DNA of 48,363 nt, taken from the IMG/VR virus record IMGVR_UViG_3300037307_000742, positions 1 to 48,363 of that record; one strand, given 5' to 3'. Positions within the stretch are counted from its first letter, which is position 1; each line of letters begins with the position of its first letter. The translations under genes and the position numbers were made by a program. Below, in pieces: positions 8,891-17,485 of this stretch. This DNA is from a virus. Taxonomy: Duplodnaviria > Caudoviricetes. Under the pieces are notes generated by a model that saw only the letters and a program-made list of their open reading frames with translations, was not told the origin of the DNA and did no database searches.

Positions 8891-9613
8891 TTAGAGGGTG
8901 TAGATGTCGGCGTCCCAGCCGCCCGCGTCGGAGGAAATCCACTCGCGCTCGATGCGGTAGGAGTTACCCTCCTGGGTCTGGGTGACGCTGTTGAGCAACC
9001 AGGTGCGGCCGTCGGATAGGGATGGCTCCCGACCGTCCGGGCTGTCGATCTGGCCGATCTTGCGCACGTCGGAACTGGCGGCGGAGGCTTTGCGCACGGT
9101 GGCCTGCCGCCAGATGATCTTGGGCGAGTAGTAGGAGGACTGGCCGCGCTGGATCTTTTCGAGGGCCTTCTTGCCAAGGGCGCTGGTCACCTTGTCCTTG
9201 TAGGGCGAACCGGACCCGTCCTTGTCCTTGCCGCTGATGATCGCCTGAAGCGCCTCAAGCTCGTCTTCCTCCAGATCGCGGAACTTCTTGTGGGAAAGCA
9301 GCGGCTCCTCGGAGAGCGAGAGTCCGAGCGAGTAGCTGGTCTTGTTGGGATCGTTGCTGGTGTTGTCGGTGCCGGCGTAGTTGCAGGTGATCTGGGCGAT
9401 GTCGCCCTCGCTGACCTGGGCGGTGGCATTGTCCACGCTGATGAACGGGATGTCCGGATGAGGTGTGCCGGGACGCGGCATCAGCTTGGTGATGGAATTG
9501 CGGTGGCATAGGAAAACCTGGGTGGCGGTCCACTTGCCCTCGCGGTCCACCGCCACCGAGTAATCCGGCTGAGGATAGAGCTTGCCCGGTTGAATGGAAA
9601 CGTGTCTCGGCAT
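8891..9613 (-). CDS. Putative distal tail / tail tip protein
   Basis: First core gene after the tape measure; TTGACG box 16 nt upstream. Confidence 0.6.
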   Translation of the reverse strand: MPRHVSIQPGKLYPQPDYSVAVDREGKWTATQVFLCHRNSITKLMPRPGTPHPDIPFISVDNATAQVSEGDIAQITCNYAGTDNTSNDPNKTSYSLGLSLSEEPLLSHKKFRDLEEDELEALQAIISGKDKDGSGSPYKDKVTSALGKKALEKIQRGQSSYYSPKIIWRQATVRKASAASSDVRKIGQIDSPDGREPSLSDGRTWLLNSVTQTQEGNSYRIEREWISSDAGGWDADIYTL

Positions 9614-9629
9614 CTTGGCCGGGACGTGG

Positions 9630-9635
9630 CGTCAA
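9630..9635 (-). promoter_or_regulatory. TTGAC box (N16-ATG)
   Basis: GTTGACG CCACGTCCCGGCCAAG ATG. Confidence 0.7.
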
Positions 9636-9648
9636 CCGAATGCCGGTT

Positions 9649-10146
9649 TCAGCAGAGCGAATCGAGCGGAAGAAACATTCTCAGCGACTCATCGTCCACA
9701 CGTCTGAACCCGTATTTGGCATAAAAGGCCATGAGTTCTTCATCGGCCGGATCCACTGCCATGCCGATGCCGCCCGCTCCACGCATGGATGAAGCTGCGA
9801 TCTGGCGGGCTGCGGCAAGCAGCAGTCTCGCGATGCCTCGTCCTTGCCAATCTTCCGCCACAGCAATCCTGCCGAGCAGAACCATGGGCACCGGCATGGA
9901 TGGCAGGCCTTTCGCGACTCCCGGCCAGTTGGTGGCCGATGCCACCGTACTGGTGAGGGTGAAATAGCCGAGAACCGGTTTGGGCTTGCGGGCGTCTCGT
10001 TCGACCAGCACGCGGGTGATGCTCACTCCTTTGGTGAGATGCCCTTTGGCCGTTTCCCACAAATAGCGTTCCAGGGAATCCTTGCCGCAGCGAAACCCCT
10101 TCCTGTCATGGTCATCAGACAGCAGCTCAAGATCGAATGCGGACAT
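9649..10146 (-). CDS. GNAT acetyltransferase toxin (TacT/AtaT-like)
   Basis: FRCG..SLERYL, GYFTL, LGRIAV...WQGRGIA (acetyl-CoA motif), FYAKYGF; follows a DUF1778-like gene. Confidence 0.88.
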   Translation of the reverse strand: MSAFDLELLSDDHDRKGFRCGKDSLERYLWETAKGHLTKGVSITRVLVERDARKPKPVLGYFTLTSTVASATNWPGVAKGLPSMPVPMVLLGRIAVAEDWQGRGIARLLLAAARQIAASSMRGAGGIGMAVDPADEELMAFYAKYGFRRVDDESLRMFLPLDSLC

Positions 10147-10426
10147 TGGCGGCAAGGTCTTTGGCAGCCTTCTTTGCCGCCGCATTGATGGCGGGCGGTT
10201 TGGCGAGCATCTTCTGAATGGTCTCCGCGGCCTGGGCACTCATGTTCCAATACCGCTCCTCGGCAAGAACCCGCTCGGCCTCGCGGGAAACTGTTTCCAG
10301 AATGAACGCGGCCACGGACTGCCCCCGGATGGCCGATGCTTCCTTGAGACGCTTGGCCGTGCTTTCCGGGAAACGGGGGTTCACCCGCACGGTTTTGCCG
10401 CCGACTTTCGTTCCCAATGTTTTCAT
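10127..10426 (-). CDS. DUF1778-family RHH antitoxin
   Basis: RVNPRF...LKEASAIRGQSVAAFI...AERVL...PP.IN; overlaps the toxin start. Confidence 0.8.
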   Translation of the reverse strand: MKTLGTKVGGKTVRVNPRFPESTAKRLKEASAIRGQSVAAFILETVSREAERVLAEERYWNMSAQAAETIQKMLAKPPAINAAAKKAAKDLAANVRIRS

Positions 10427-10490
10427 GGACACAGAGTGGCGGCATTCTTCCGGCGTTCAACCTCAAAGTGACACCAATTTGGCACCACCC

Positions 10491-12170
10491 TCAACCAAAT
10501 GCCGCCGCCACCTGGCCAGTCCCCGGCTTCATCCGCTCGCTCATGTCGCGGAGGATGCGGTTCGTCTCGCTGGTGAGCTTGTTGTTCTCCCGCTGGGCGT
10601 CGAGGGTGCCGGACGAGTATCCGCCGCCGCCGACTTTACCGAGCGAGGTGACGATGGGAGCGAGACTGGCGGATTGATTGATCGCCTTTGGTGCGGTGGT
10701 TGCCGTGGTCTTCGCTACTGCGGTTGCCGCCTGCTTCACCTCCTCTGGCTTTGGGATTGCTTCCCGGATGGTTCCAAGGACGGTGTTCATGCTCTCCCGC
10801 AGTCCGGACGTGTCGATCACCTCGGCGGTGTTGGAGAAGGCGTCGCCGAAGCGGGCGGAGATGTTTTCACCCGCCTCCTTCAACCGAAGTCCGACCTTTT
10901 CGGCAAGCGGTCCAAGCTGGTCGCCCGCGTCGCTGAAACGGGACGCCGCCTCCGCGTCGAGAATGTCCGCCGATTCCCGCAAAGCTCCCTGGGCGGAGTT
11001 GATAGAGTCACCTTTGCCAAACAACTCGGCGAGAGGGCGTGCGATTTCCAGTGCTTCGGCGAGTCCCTTCTGGAGGAAACCGATGGCGCTGAGAAAGATC
11101 CCGATCAACGCGTTGCCCATTCCCTTCCAGAAGTCGGGGGTGGTGATGACCTGAAAGTAGCTGATGGCGGTCTTCAAAATCTCTACGATGTATTGACCAG
11201 CGGCAGCGATGGTGGCGCGGAGCGTGGCCCACAGGAAATTCACGCTCATCGCAAACCCGAGTTTCAACGATGATCCGACGAGATTGATGAACTGGCCGCT
11301 CTTGAACACGGTGATCACATATTGCATCGCATCGCGGATTTTGTTTCCCGCCTCCGCCGCCAGTGGGGCGAGCTTCTGGGCAAGCGCGATGGCTTGTTCG
11401 ACCATGGGGCGGATCGCATCGTTGATTGGCGTGCCGAGGGTGAGGAATACCTCGTTGATCGTATCCTTGAGCGTGGAGAACAAGCCTGAGGTGGTTTTGC
11501 TCTGTGCTTCCATCATGCCCGTGAACTTTCCGCCCTGTGATGTCATGTTGATGAACGCTTGCTCGATGTTGGGAAATCCAACCTGGCCTGTTTCCACGAG
11601 CTTCTTCACCTGCGAGTCCGAGACGCCGAATTGCTTCGCCAGTTCGCCGATGATCGGAATCCCCCGACCGGTGAGCTGGTTGATGTCCTCCGCGAAGAGC
11701 CGCCCTTGGACACGAGCCTTGCCGTAGAGTTCGGCGATCTCGTTGACTGGTGCTTGCACGCCTGCCGACACATCACCGATGCGGGCGAGAGTCGCGGCAA
11801 CTGTGTCGGAACCCTCACCGAAAGCGATGAGCTTACGGCCGGCATCCGCGAGTTCAGGGAACTCGAATGGCGTCTTGGCTCCGAGTTCGCGGAGTTGCGC
11901 GAGGGTTTGTTCCGCCTTGGCAGCATCACCGATCAGGGTAGTGAAGGCTACTTTCGTCTGTTCAAAATCCGCGGCTGATGTGACCGCTTTCATTCCTGCG
12001 GCCAGTGCCACTCCACCGCCAGCGAGAGCGGCTCCGAGTCCGATCTTCAAACCGGAAGCGGTGAGACTCGCTATCTTCTTGGCCGACGAGGAAACGAGCT
12101 GAGTGGCGCTCGTCATGGACCGCTTCAAGGCGGTGATGTCGGCTCCAAGGGTGACGGTCAGGGCGCTCAT
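10491..12170 (-). CDS. Tape measure protein
   Basis: Ala/Gly-rich 559 aa; KTPFE...IGDVSA...YGK...EDINQL..RGIP tape-measure domain. Confidence 0.9.
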   Translation of the reverse strand: MSALTVTLGADITALKRSMTSATQLVSSSAKKIASLTASGLKIGLGAALAGGGVALAAGMKAVTSAADFEQTKVAFTTLIGDAAKAEQTLAQLRELGAKTPFEFPELADAGRKLIAFGEGSDTVAATLARIGDVSAGVQAPVNEIAELYGKARVQGRLFAEDINQLTGRGIPIIGELAKQFGVSDSQVKKLVETGQVGFPNIEQAFINMTSQGGKFTGMMEAQSKTTSGLFSTLKDTINEVFLTLGTPINDAIRPMVEQAIALAQKLAPLAAEAGNKIRDAMQYVITVFKSGQFINLVGSSLKLGFAMSVNFLWATLRATIAAAGQYIVEILKTAISYFQVITTPDFWKGMGNALIGIFLSAIGFLQKGLAEALEIARPLAELFGKGDSINSAQGALRESADILDAEAASRFSDAGDQLGPLAEKVGLRLKEAGENISARFGDAFSNTAEVIDTSGLRESMNTVLGTIREAIPKPEEVKQAATAVAKTTATTAPKAINQSASLAPIVTSLGKVGGGGYSSGTLDAQRENNKLTSETNRILRDMSERMKPGTGQVAAAFG

Positions 12171-12183
12171 GCGCCGGGGGTGG

Positions 12184-12189
12184 CGTCAA
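12184..12189 (-). promoter_or_regulatory. TTGAC box (tape measure, N13-ATG)
   Basis: GTTGACG CCACCCCCGGCGC ATG. Confidence 0.7.
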
Positions 12190-12216
12190 CCGAAGCAGAG
12201 GCAGTCAGTGCGAGTG

Positions 12217-12777
12217 CTATTTCATAATGATCCTTGGGTCTTGATCCTGCCGTGTGAGAGCATTCAGTTGAAGGAAGCGCTCCCGGTGTTGTCTGACTGA
12301 AATCAAGTGCCCCAAATCGGCCATGTCGCCAGAGTAAATTCCGGCCCAACAAAGCACTGCATCATCTGCGAGTTGGAATTCCTTTTTGCCTGCTTGTGGT
12401 CCACGATAGCGGTCATTTGAGAGAGAAATATTTCGCGAATTATTGGCCGCAAAGGACAATGTTTTAATGTCTTTAGAAGCGGTCTTCGGAATCCCTACGC
12501 GCGGGGTATATTTGATTTCAACAACCCCTATGATAATCCGGGACGAACAAATAACCACATCAGGATAGCAGACGGTCTTTTTGCCTGAAATTGACAGACA
12601 CGGCTCGATGAAAAGGCGACGCCTCATCCCAGCATTCTCGAAGATGCGCAATAGAGCCTCACAGAAGTAAAACTGGAGCCCCCTCTCCGAATTGATGAGC
12701 TGAGTGTTGTAACCTTTGGTGACAGCATCTTTCCAAGCCGCCCGAAGGTGGGATCGTAATAGTCCACGATTCTTCAT
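12217..12777 (-). CDS. PD-(D/E)XK nuclease-like protein (moron)
   Basis: YPDVVI...VVEIKY motif; lower GC; inserted between the tail chaperone and tape measure genes. Confidence 0.65.
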   Translation of the reverse strand: MKNRGLLRSHLRAAWKDAVTKGYNTQLINSERGLQFYFCEALLRIFENAGMRRRLFIEPCLSISGKKTVCYPDVVICSSRIIIGVVEIKYTPRVGIPKTASKDIKTLSFAANNSRNISLSNDRYRGPQAGKKEFQLADDAVLCWAGIYSGDMADLGHLISVRQHRERFLQLNALTRQDQDPRIIMK

Positions 12778-12786
12778 GAGGCGTTT

Positions 12787-13053
12787 CTAGTTTGAAAGTT
12801 CAGACTTTGCAAGGTCGCGCCGATTCAGCCAATCGACTCGAAGACTTTCTACCGTTGCGGAGAGATCGTCATAAAGTCCCGCACTGCTCCAACTCGTGCG
12901 CACGCCATTCCGCCGCAACAGGCAGTGCTGATACTGCGCCAACCGAGCCAGCGGCATGAACAGAATGCGCTCCTCTGGCCAGCCTGTTTCGGCGGCAACG
13001 GCGAACACCTGAGCGGCTAGGAAACCGGGTTCGTCGCATGGAGGGGCTTTTTT
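12787..13053 (-). CDS. Tail assembly chaperone GT-like C-terminal part (-1 frameshift product)
   Basis: The -1 frame is open after A AAA AAG and reads FLAAQVFAVAAETGWPEERILFMPL. Confidence 0.75.
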   Translation of the reverse strand, partial: KKAPPCDEPGFLAAQVFAVAAETGWPEERILFMPLARLAQYQHCLLRRNGVRTSWSSAGLYDDLSATVESLRVDWLNRRDLAKSELSN

Positions 13054-13436
13054 CCGCCGATGTCCCCCATGGTTTCCACTTGTGCCGCCTCCAGTTCCCG
13101 GCTCTGTTCTTCGAGACGCTTGAACGCGGTCTGGAAATCGGCAGGGGTGAGACCACCGCAGAAGATCAGGGCCGATTCGCGGAATCCCTGGTCGTTGAAC
13201 GACGCACGCACCACTTCCGGCCACGGGGCGCAATGGGTGAAGACGAATCCCATGATAGCGGAAGTGAAATCGGGAGTGCCGTCTTGGGGCATCTCCCCCT
13301 TCACCAGAGGGTTGCCGGTGCGGAGCAACACGTCGTAGCTGGCGAGGGACAGTGGCCGCATGGCATGTCCGGCGACGATGGTTTCCACATCGTGGAATGC
13401 GGTTGATAGATGAGTCTGGCGGTCGATGTCGTTCAT
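13017..13436 (-). CDS. Tail assembly chaperone (gpG-like)
   Basis: Position upstream of the tape measure; ends GGA AAA AAG slippery site. Confidence 0.75.
   Translation of the reverse strand: MNDIDRQTHLSTAFHDVETIVAGHAMRPLSLASYDVLLRTGNPLVKGEMPQDGTPDFTSAIMGFVFTHCAPWPEVVRASFNDQGFRESALIFCGGLTPADFQTAFKRLEEQSRELEAAQVETMGDIGGKKPLHATNPVS
13047..13053 (-). other. -1 programmed frameshift heptamer A AAA AAG
   Basis: Correct X XXY YYZ phasing at the end of the chaperone gene. Confidence 0.8.
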
Positions 13437-13442
13437 GGGATC

Positions 13443-13844
13443 TCAGAGGTAGCGGAGAAACAGATCTTCGGTGCGCGGCGAAGCATCGAGCGGGATGAAC
13501 GCGATTTTGCCCCTGCGTTTCACGCAAGCGAGAGGCACGTCTTGCTTCACCTTGTCCACAAGACGCTGGCGGTTGAGCAGGGCACACTTGATGTAAGCGA
13601 ACGGATGTTCAGGGTTGGCGAGGTGCCATGCGTCGTCGCTCCAGGCTTCTATGAGTTCCTTGGTCTGAAACTTGCCGTCCGGACTTTGCGGGTCGAAGAA
13701 CCAAACGGTGCGTTCGCCTCGAATCCCGTCGCCGACAACGCGGACGAACGGCTTCTCGGCAAGCGGAATGCCAACTGCCGTCAATGCGGCGGCGAGGCAG
13801 GTGTTGCTGGTGGCGGTGGATGAAATGTGGGTGATCGCGTTCAT
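13443..13844 (-). CDS. Hypothetical tail-region protein
   Basis: ORF between the tail tube candidate and the chaperone; ATG13844 or GTG13877. Confidence 0.65.
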   Translation of the reverse strand: MNAITHISSTATSNTCLAAALTAVGIPLAEKPFVRVVGDGIRGERTVWFFDPQSPDGKFQTKELIEAWSDDAWHLANPEHPFAYIKCALLNRQRLVDKVKQDVPLACVKRRGKIAFIPLDASPRTEDLFLRYL

Positions 13845-13873
13845 ATCAGTATCTCGTTTGGGAAAGGGTTGGT

Positions 13874-14254
13874 TCACGCTCCACCACCGGAAACCACCAG
13901 CGGGTAGTTGGTGGCGGTGATGTCGATTTTCTCGAAGTCCTCGTTGTTGAGGGAGCGGCTGATCTGCTTGATGATCGTAGTGCCGCCGCTGGCCTGCATG
14001 TGGGCGGGAACAGCGTTGGTGAGTGCGAGGGCCGCGCCGATCTTGCCGGTGAATGGGCCGGTTTTCTTCACCAGACCAGAGAGCTTGATTTCAGCCTTCT
14101 CCTGATAGAGGGCGAGGCCGATGATTTCACCGCCCTTGTCGAGAACTACCTTTTCCTGGTTGGAGTAGTCGAAGGACAGGTCGGTGATGATGATACCGGC
14201 TTCATCCTGAGGGATGCCCCAGTTGCCGGTGGTGCCAAGGAATGTCGCGGCCAT
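13874..14254 (-). CDS. Putative major tail (tube) protein
   Basis: 126 aa, beta-rich; canonical position before the chaperones. Confidence 0.6.
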   Translation of the reverse strand: MAATFLGTTGNWGIPQDEAGIIITDLSFDYSNQEKVVLDKGGEIIGLALYQEKAEIKLSGLVKKTGPFTGKIGAALALTNAVPAHMQASGGTTIIKQISRSLNNEDFEKIDITATNYPLVVSGGGA

Positions 14255-14270
14255 TTGACCGCTGTTGGCG

Positions 14271-14276
14271 TGTCAA
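14271..14276 (-). promoter_or_regulatory. TTGAC box (tail tube, N16-ATG)
   Basis: GTTGACA CGCCAACAGCGGTCAA ATG. Confidence 0.7.
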
Positions 14277-14282
14277 CCGGAG

Positions 14283-14708
14283 TCAGATCGCCGAGACGAC
14301 GGCCTCGTAGCTGAGAACCGATTCACGTCCCCGCGCTTCGTCCGGCGTTGTCACGCTTTCCCTGTCGAGCAGGTCATGGAGAACGAAGGTTTCGGAATCC
14401 AACGCCGCCTGGATCGCCGACTTGCCGCCGAGCAACACCGCGAGTTTCCCCGCCCACTCCGCGTGCGTTTCCGCTGGCGTGTCGTCCACCTGGGAAAACA
14501 GATGCACGTCGAGTTTCACGCGGGCGGTGTGCGGCATGGCCGGGATAGGCTTGGCTTCTGATGCGTTGAGAACCACGCACGGACGGGTTCGGATTTCATC
14601 GCGGCGGGCGACATGGACGGGAATCGAATCGGGAAGATCCTCGGGGCGGTTGGTGTCGATCCACTCGGCAAGCAGCGAGGAAAGGCGGTCTTCGATCAGG
14701 TTGGGCAT
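14283..14708 (-). CDS. Putative tail terminator
   Basis: Position and size; start MPNLIEDR is 14 nt after TTGACG; the upstream extension of the ORF is AT-rich moron DNA. Confidence 0.55.
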   Translation of the reverse strand: MPNLIEDRLSSLLAEWIDTNRPEDLPDSIPVHVARRDEIRTRPCVVLNASEAKPIPAMPHTARVKLDVHLFSQVDDTPAETHAEWAGKLAVLLGGKSAIQAALDSETFVLHDLLDRESVTTPDEARGRESVLSYEAVVSAI

Positions 14709-14722
14709 CAATGCTGGCTTAA

Positions 14723-14728
14723 CGTCAA
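14723..14728 (-). promoter_or_regulatory. TTGAC box (N14-ATG)
   Basis: GTTGACG TTAAGCCAGCATTG ATG. Confidence 0.65.
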
Positions 14729-14839
14729 CCACGGCTATTGCAATAGACACAAAATCAATGGTTTTAGGTAAGGAAAAGCCCTCGAATATCCACCGGATTT
14801 TCTCGCATTTCAGAGCAAAATTTGCGATAAATTTCCACC

Positions 14840-15397
14840 ATGAAACGGAAGAGAAACGAATCAAATTTGCCGAATAAATCCCGCCGAAACAAAAGCGGCA
14901 AACCCAGCAAATCGGCGCAGGTGATCACAGAGAAAGATTATGAAGAACTAGAAAAATCAATGGCTGAATTCCTTGCAAAGTGGGGTCAAAAACCGGTAGG
15001 CGGCAACATAGTCTTGACGAACGAAATCGGGCAGAAATGGAGAAACCCTATCTGGCTTGAGGTTGATGAAGTGATCCGCGAGCTTGATACCGGTTCCTTC
15101 AACAGCTTTGCCTGTCTCTCACGCCCAGGTAACACCTACATGCAATGCTTACGTGGTTCTAATGGTTGGCACTTGGAGGCGAGAATCACATGGAAGGATT
15201 CTGGCGGCGCATACACCCACCTGCGGGCCTGCCGCCCCGGCATATCGGAGAGGTCTCGGTCACTCAAGGTCGCTAACTACGTGAGTCGCGGACAGTATCG
15301 CGACCTCCTTAAAACGGATGATGTGCTTGCTGCATTTCGAGCATTCCATGCGAACAAGGTTGGGCCACCGCTGATATGGCGCCCGATTGATGTATAG
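14840..15397 (+). CDS. Hypothetical protein (moron)
   Basis: Lower GC, opposite strand, AT-rich upstream region. Confidence 0.55.
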   Translation: MKRKRNESNLPNKSRRNKSGKPSKSAQVITEKDYEELEKSMAEFLAKWGQKPVGGNIVLTNEIGQKWRNPIWLEVDEVIRELDTGSFNSFACLSRPGNTYMQCLRGSNGWHLEARITWKDSGGAYTHLRACRPGISERSRSLKVANYVSRGQYRDLLKTDDVLAAFRAFHANKVGPPLIWRPIDV

Positions 15398-15407
15398 CCT
15401 GTAAGAA

Positions 15408-16193
15408 TCAACCGGAGCGTCTTCGCAGCGATCGGTTTGCGCCGTCGCTGATTTTGCGCAGCGAAGTGGAGAGCGCCTTGCGGAGTTTTCCCGCCGCCAC
15501 CTGGAGAGCGAGGTTGATTCCCTTGTAGGTGCTCACGTCGTCGATGTAGTCGAGGTTATTGACCAGCGTGACGGCCGGCTTGTCGCCGGTTTTAATCGTC
15601 GCTGATCCGGGTGCCTGCTTGTGCCTTGTCGCCCATTGCGCCGCTCCACGAACCCGCCCGCCAATCGCTTTGCCCGCGTTGATCCACGACCCTTTGGCAA
15701 AGCCAACCCGCTTCTGGATGCGTGCGATGTAAGTGTCGCGGGCCTTGGCGCTGGTGACGATCTGCTTTGGCTTCGCCGCGCCGAGTTGGCCCCATTGGTG
15801 GAGCTTTGGGTCGAGGCGACCGACAGAGAGGTCCTTCCAACCGGAACTGGTTTGGCGAAGATTGTTTTCGGCTCGTGAGAAGCGCCGGTTTTGGACGTTT
15901 GACCAGAAGCGGTCTGCCGCCGCCGGATCGGACTTGCGGATTTCCGCGAAGGCATCGGATGGCAGTGCGAACACGCCGCTGATGTCCTTGGCCACGGCAT
16001 CCTCGCCGGTCTTGCGGGCCTTTTCCGAGAACCCGAACGGACGGGTGTTGCGGGCGAGTTCCACAGATAAGCCACGCGCTTCCTGCTTCACCAGGGACAG
16101 CAGTGTTCGCCCCACCTTTTCTGGATACCGGCGCAGCAGTCGAGCCACGTCGGATGCCCCCTTGAGCTTGGCGGTGAAGCGAACATCACTCAT
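15408..16193 (-). CDS. Putative neck / tail-completion protein
   Basis: Basic protein following the head-closure gene; overlapping start. Confidence 0.6.
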   Translation of the reverse strand: MSDVRFTAKLKGASDVARLLRRYPEKVGRTLLSLVKQEARGLSVELARNTRPFGFSEKARKTGEDAVAKDISGVFALPSDAFAEIRKSDPAAADRFWSNVQNRRFSRAENNLRQTSSGWKDLSVGRLDPKLHQWGQLGAAKPKQIVTSAKARDTYIARIQKRVGFAKGSWINAGKAIGGRVRGAAQWATRHKQAPGSATIKTGDKPAVTLVNNLDYIDDVSTYKGINLALQVAAGKLRKALSTSLRKISDGANRSLRRRSG

Positions 16194-16497
16194 CGGTGGA
16201 ACTGAGGGTAAGTGTGAGCAGAGGTGAGCGCGGATGGTTGCCAACCTTGGCGATGCGGTATTCGGTGCCGTCCACCTCGATGCGCTCGCCGAATTTTGGC
16301 ATGGCGGCTGGGAATGCCCGCTTCGGCACGCGCAGGCTGAGATCAGGTGATTCAACGAACCCGCCCATGTCGATCTGCTGGTCGTTGCGCACGCGGCTGA
16401 CGAGCACGAGCAGGCTGATGTCCTTCCATCGCGCCTGGACACCATGTTCTGATAGAAGGTGGTGAAGGTCGCTGAGGATTTCCGATTCGAGGCTCAT
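16186..16497 (-). CDS. Putative head-tail adaptor / head closure protein
   Basis: PKFGERIEVDGTEYRI motif; ATG16497 preceded by GGAGG and a TTGACA box. Confidence 0.65.
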   Translation of the reverse strand: MSLESEILSDLHHLLSEHGVQARWKDISLLVLVSRVRNDQQIDMGGFVESPDLSLRVPKRAFPAAMPKFGERIEVDGTEYRIAKVGNHPRSPLLTLTLSSTDE

Positions 16498-16510
16498 GCC
16501 CATGCCTCCC

Positions 16511-16516
16511 TGTCAA
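16511..16516 (-). promoter_or_regulatory. TTGAC box (N13-ATG), overlapping terminator U-tract
   Basis: TTTGACA GGGAGGCATGGGC ATG. Confidence 0.65.
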
Positions 16517-16553
16517 AATGAAAACACCCCCTCCAGTTTCCCGGAGAGGGCGT
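16515..16553 (-). terminator. Intrinsic terminator after the major capsid gene
   Basis: ACGCCCTCTCCGG-GAAA-CTGGAGGGGGTGT hairpin followed by TTTCATTTT. Confidence 0.8.
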
Positions 16554-16579
16554 CCCATGAACCCACCAATCGAAACGGC

Positions 16580-17476
16580 TTACAGTTTGACGATCCGCTT
16601 GAGTGCGTCGGTTTTGCCGACTGTGAATCCGTAAAGGCATTCGAGGGTGACGAACACTTTGTTGGCGCGGGTGTCGGTGAAGCGCAGGTAGCCGAAAGTC
16701 ATTCCGGTCTGAGGATCGGTGACGGCACCAGCTTGCTGATAGTCGGCGACCGGCTGGAGGTATCGCATGGCCACGGCAACAGCACTCGGGTGGGTGGCGA
16801 AGCCGACGAGCTTTTCGGCGTGGGTGGCCGGAATCACAATCGTCTCGTGGAGGTCGAATCCGGCGAGGCGTTTGATGAGGGCCTCGGTGACACCGGGTGC
16901 GCTGAGGTTGAGGTTGAAGCTCTTGGCCACCACGTCATCGGCGAGCAGGTTGGTGTAGAAACCCGAGTCAAGGACGAGCGAACGCTGGGAGGCGGGCATC
17001 TTCGCCTGACCGCACACGTCGCGGATGCTCAGCACCTTCTTGTAGTCGAAAGAAGTGGCGGCAAGCGCGGCGATGGCTGGAGCGCCGAAGTTGGCAAGCG
17101 TGATGACCGTCATGATGTCGAGCAGCACGTCCTGAGCGAGTTGCTGGGCTGCGACTTCAACCAAGGTGTCGAGCACATCCATGGCCGTCTCCGCGTTTTC
17201 ACGGGCGGTGACGTGGACGGTCTTAAACTTGTGGCGGTTGAGCGTCACTGGAACAGTCGTGACCGTGGAGTCGGCGTTGGCGGTGTAGTCACCGGCGAAG
17301 TCGCTCGAATCGGAAGGAGCACCAACCAGAGGCACGCGCACGGTGTCGCCCTTGTCGGACGGCTGCGGGCCGAAGTTGGTCGAGAACGCCGTGACCGGCA
17401 GAAGGTTCGCCATGAAGGGCATGAGCGCCCGCTGTGCGACCTTGATGTCTTTGAGGTTGGAAAGAGTGTTAGGCAT
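16580..17476 (-). CDS. Major capsid protein
   Basis: 298 aa after the protease/scaffold; KGDTVRVP motif; followed by a terminator. Confidence 0.85.
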   Translation of the reverse strand: MPNTLSNLKDIKVAQRALMPFMANLLPVTAFSTNFGPQPSDKGDTVRVPLVGAPSDSSDFAGDYTANADSTVTTVPVTLNRHKFKTVHVTARENAETAMDVLDTLVEVAAQQLAQDVLLDIMTVITLANFGAPAIAALAATSFDYKKVLSIRDVCGQAKMPASQRSLVLDSGFYTNLLADDVVAKSFNLNLSAPGVTEALIKRLAGFDLHETIVIPATHAEKLVGFATHPSAVAVAMRYLQPVADYQQAGAVTDPQTGMTFGYLRFTDTRANKVFVTLECLYGFTVGKTDALKRIVKL

Positions 17477-17485
17477 GGCTTGCTA

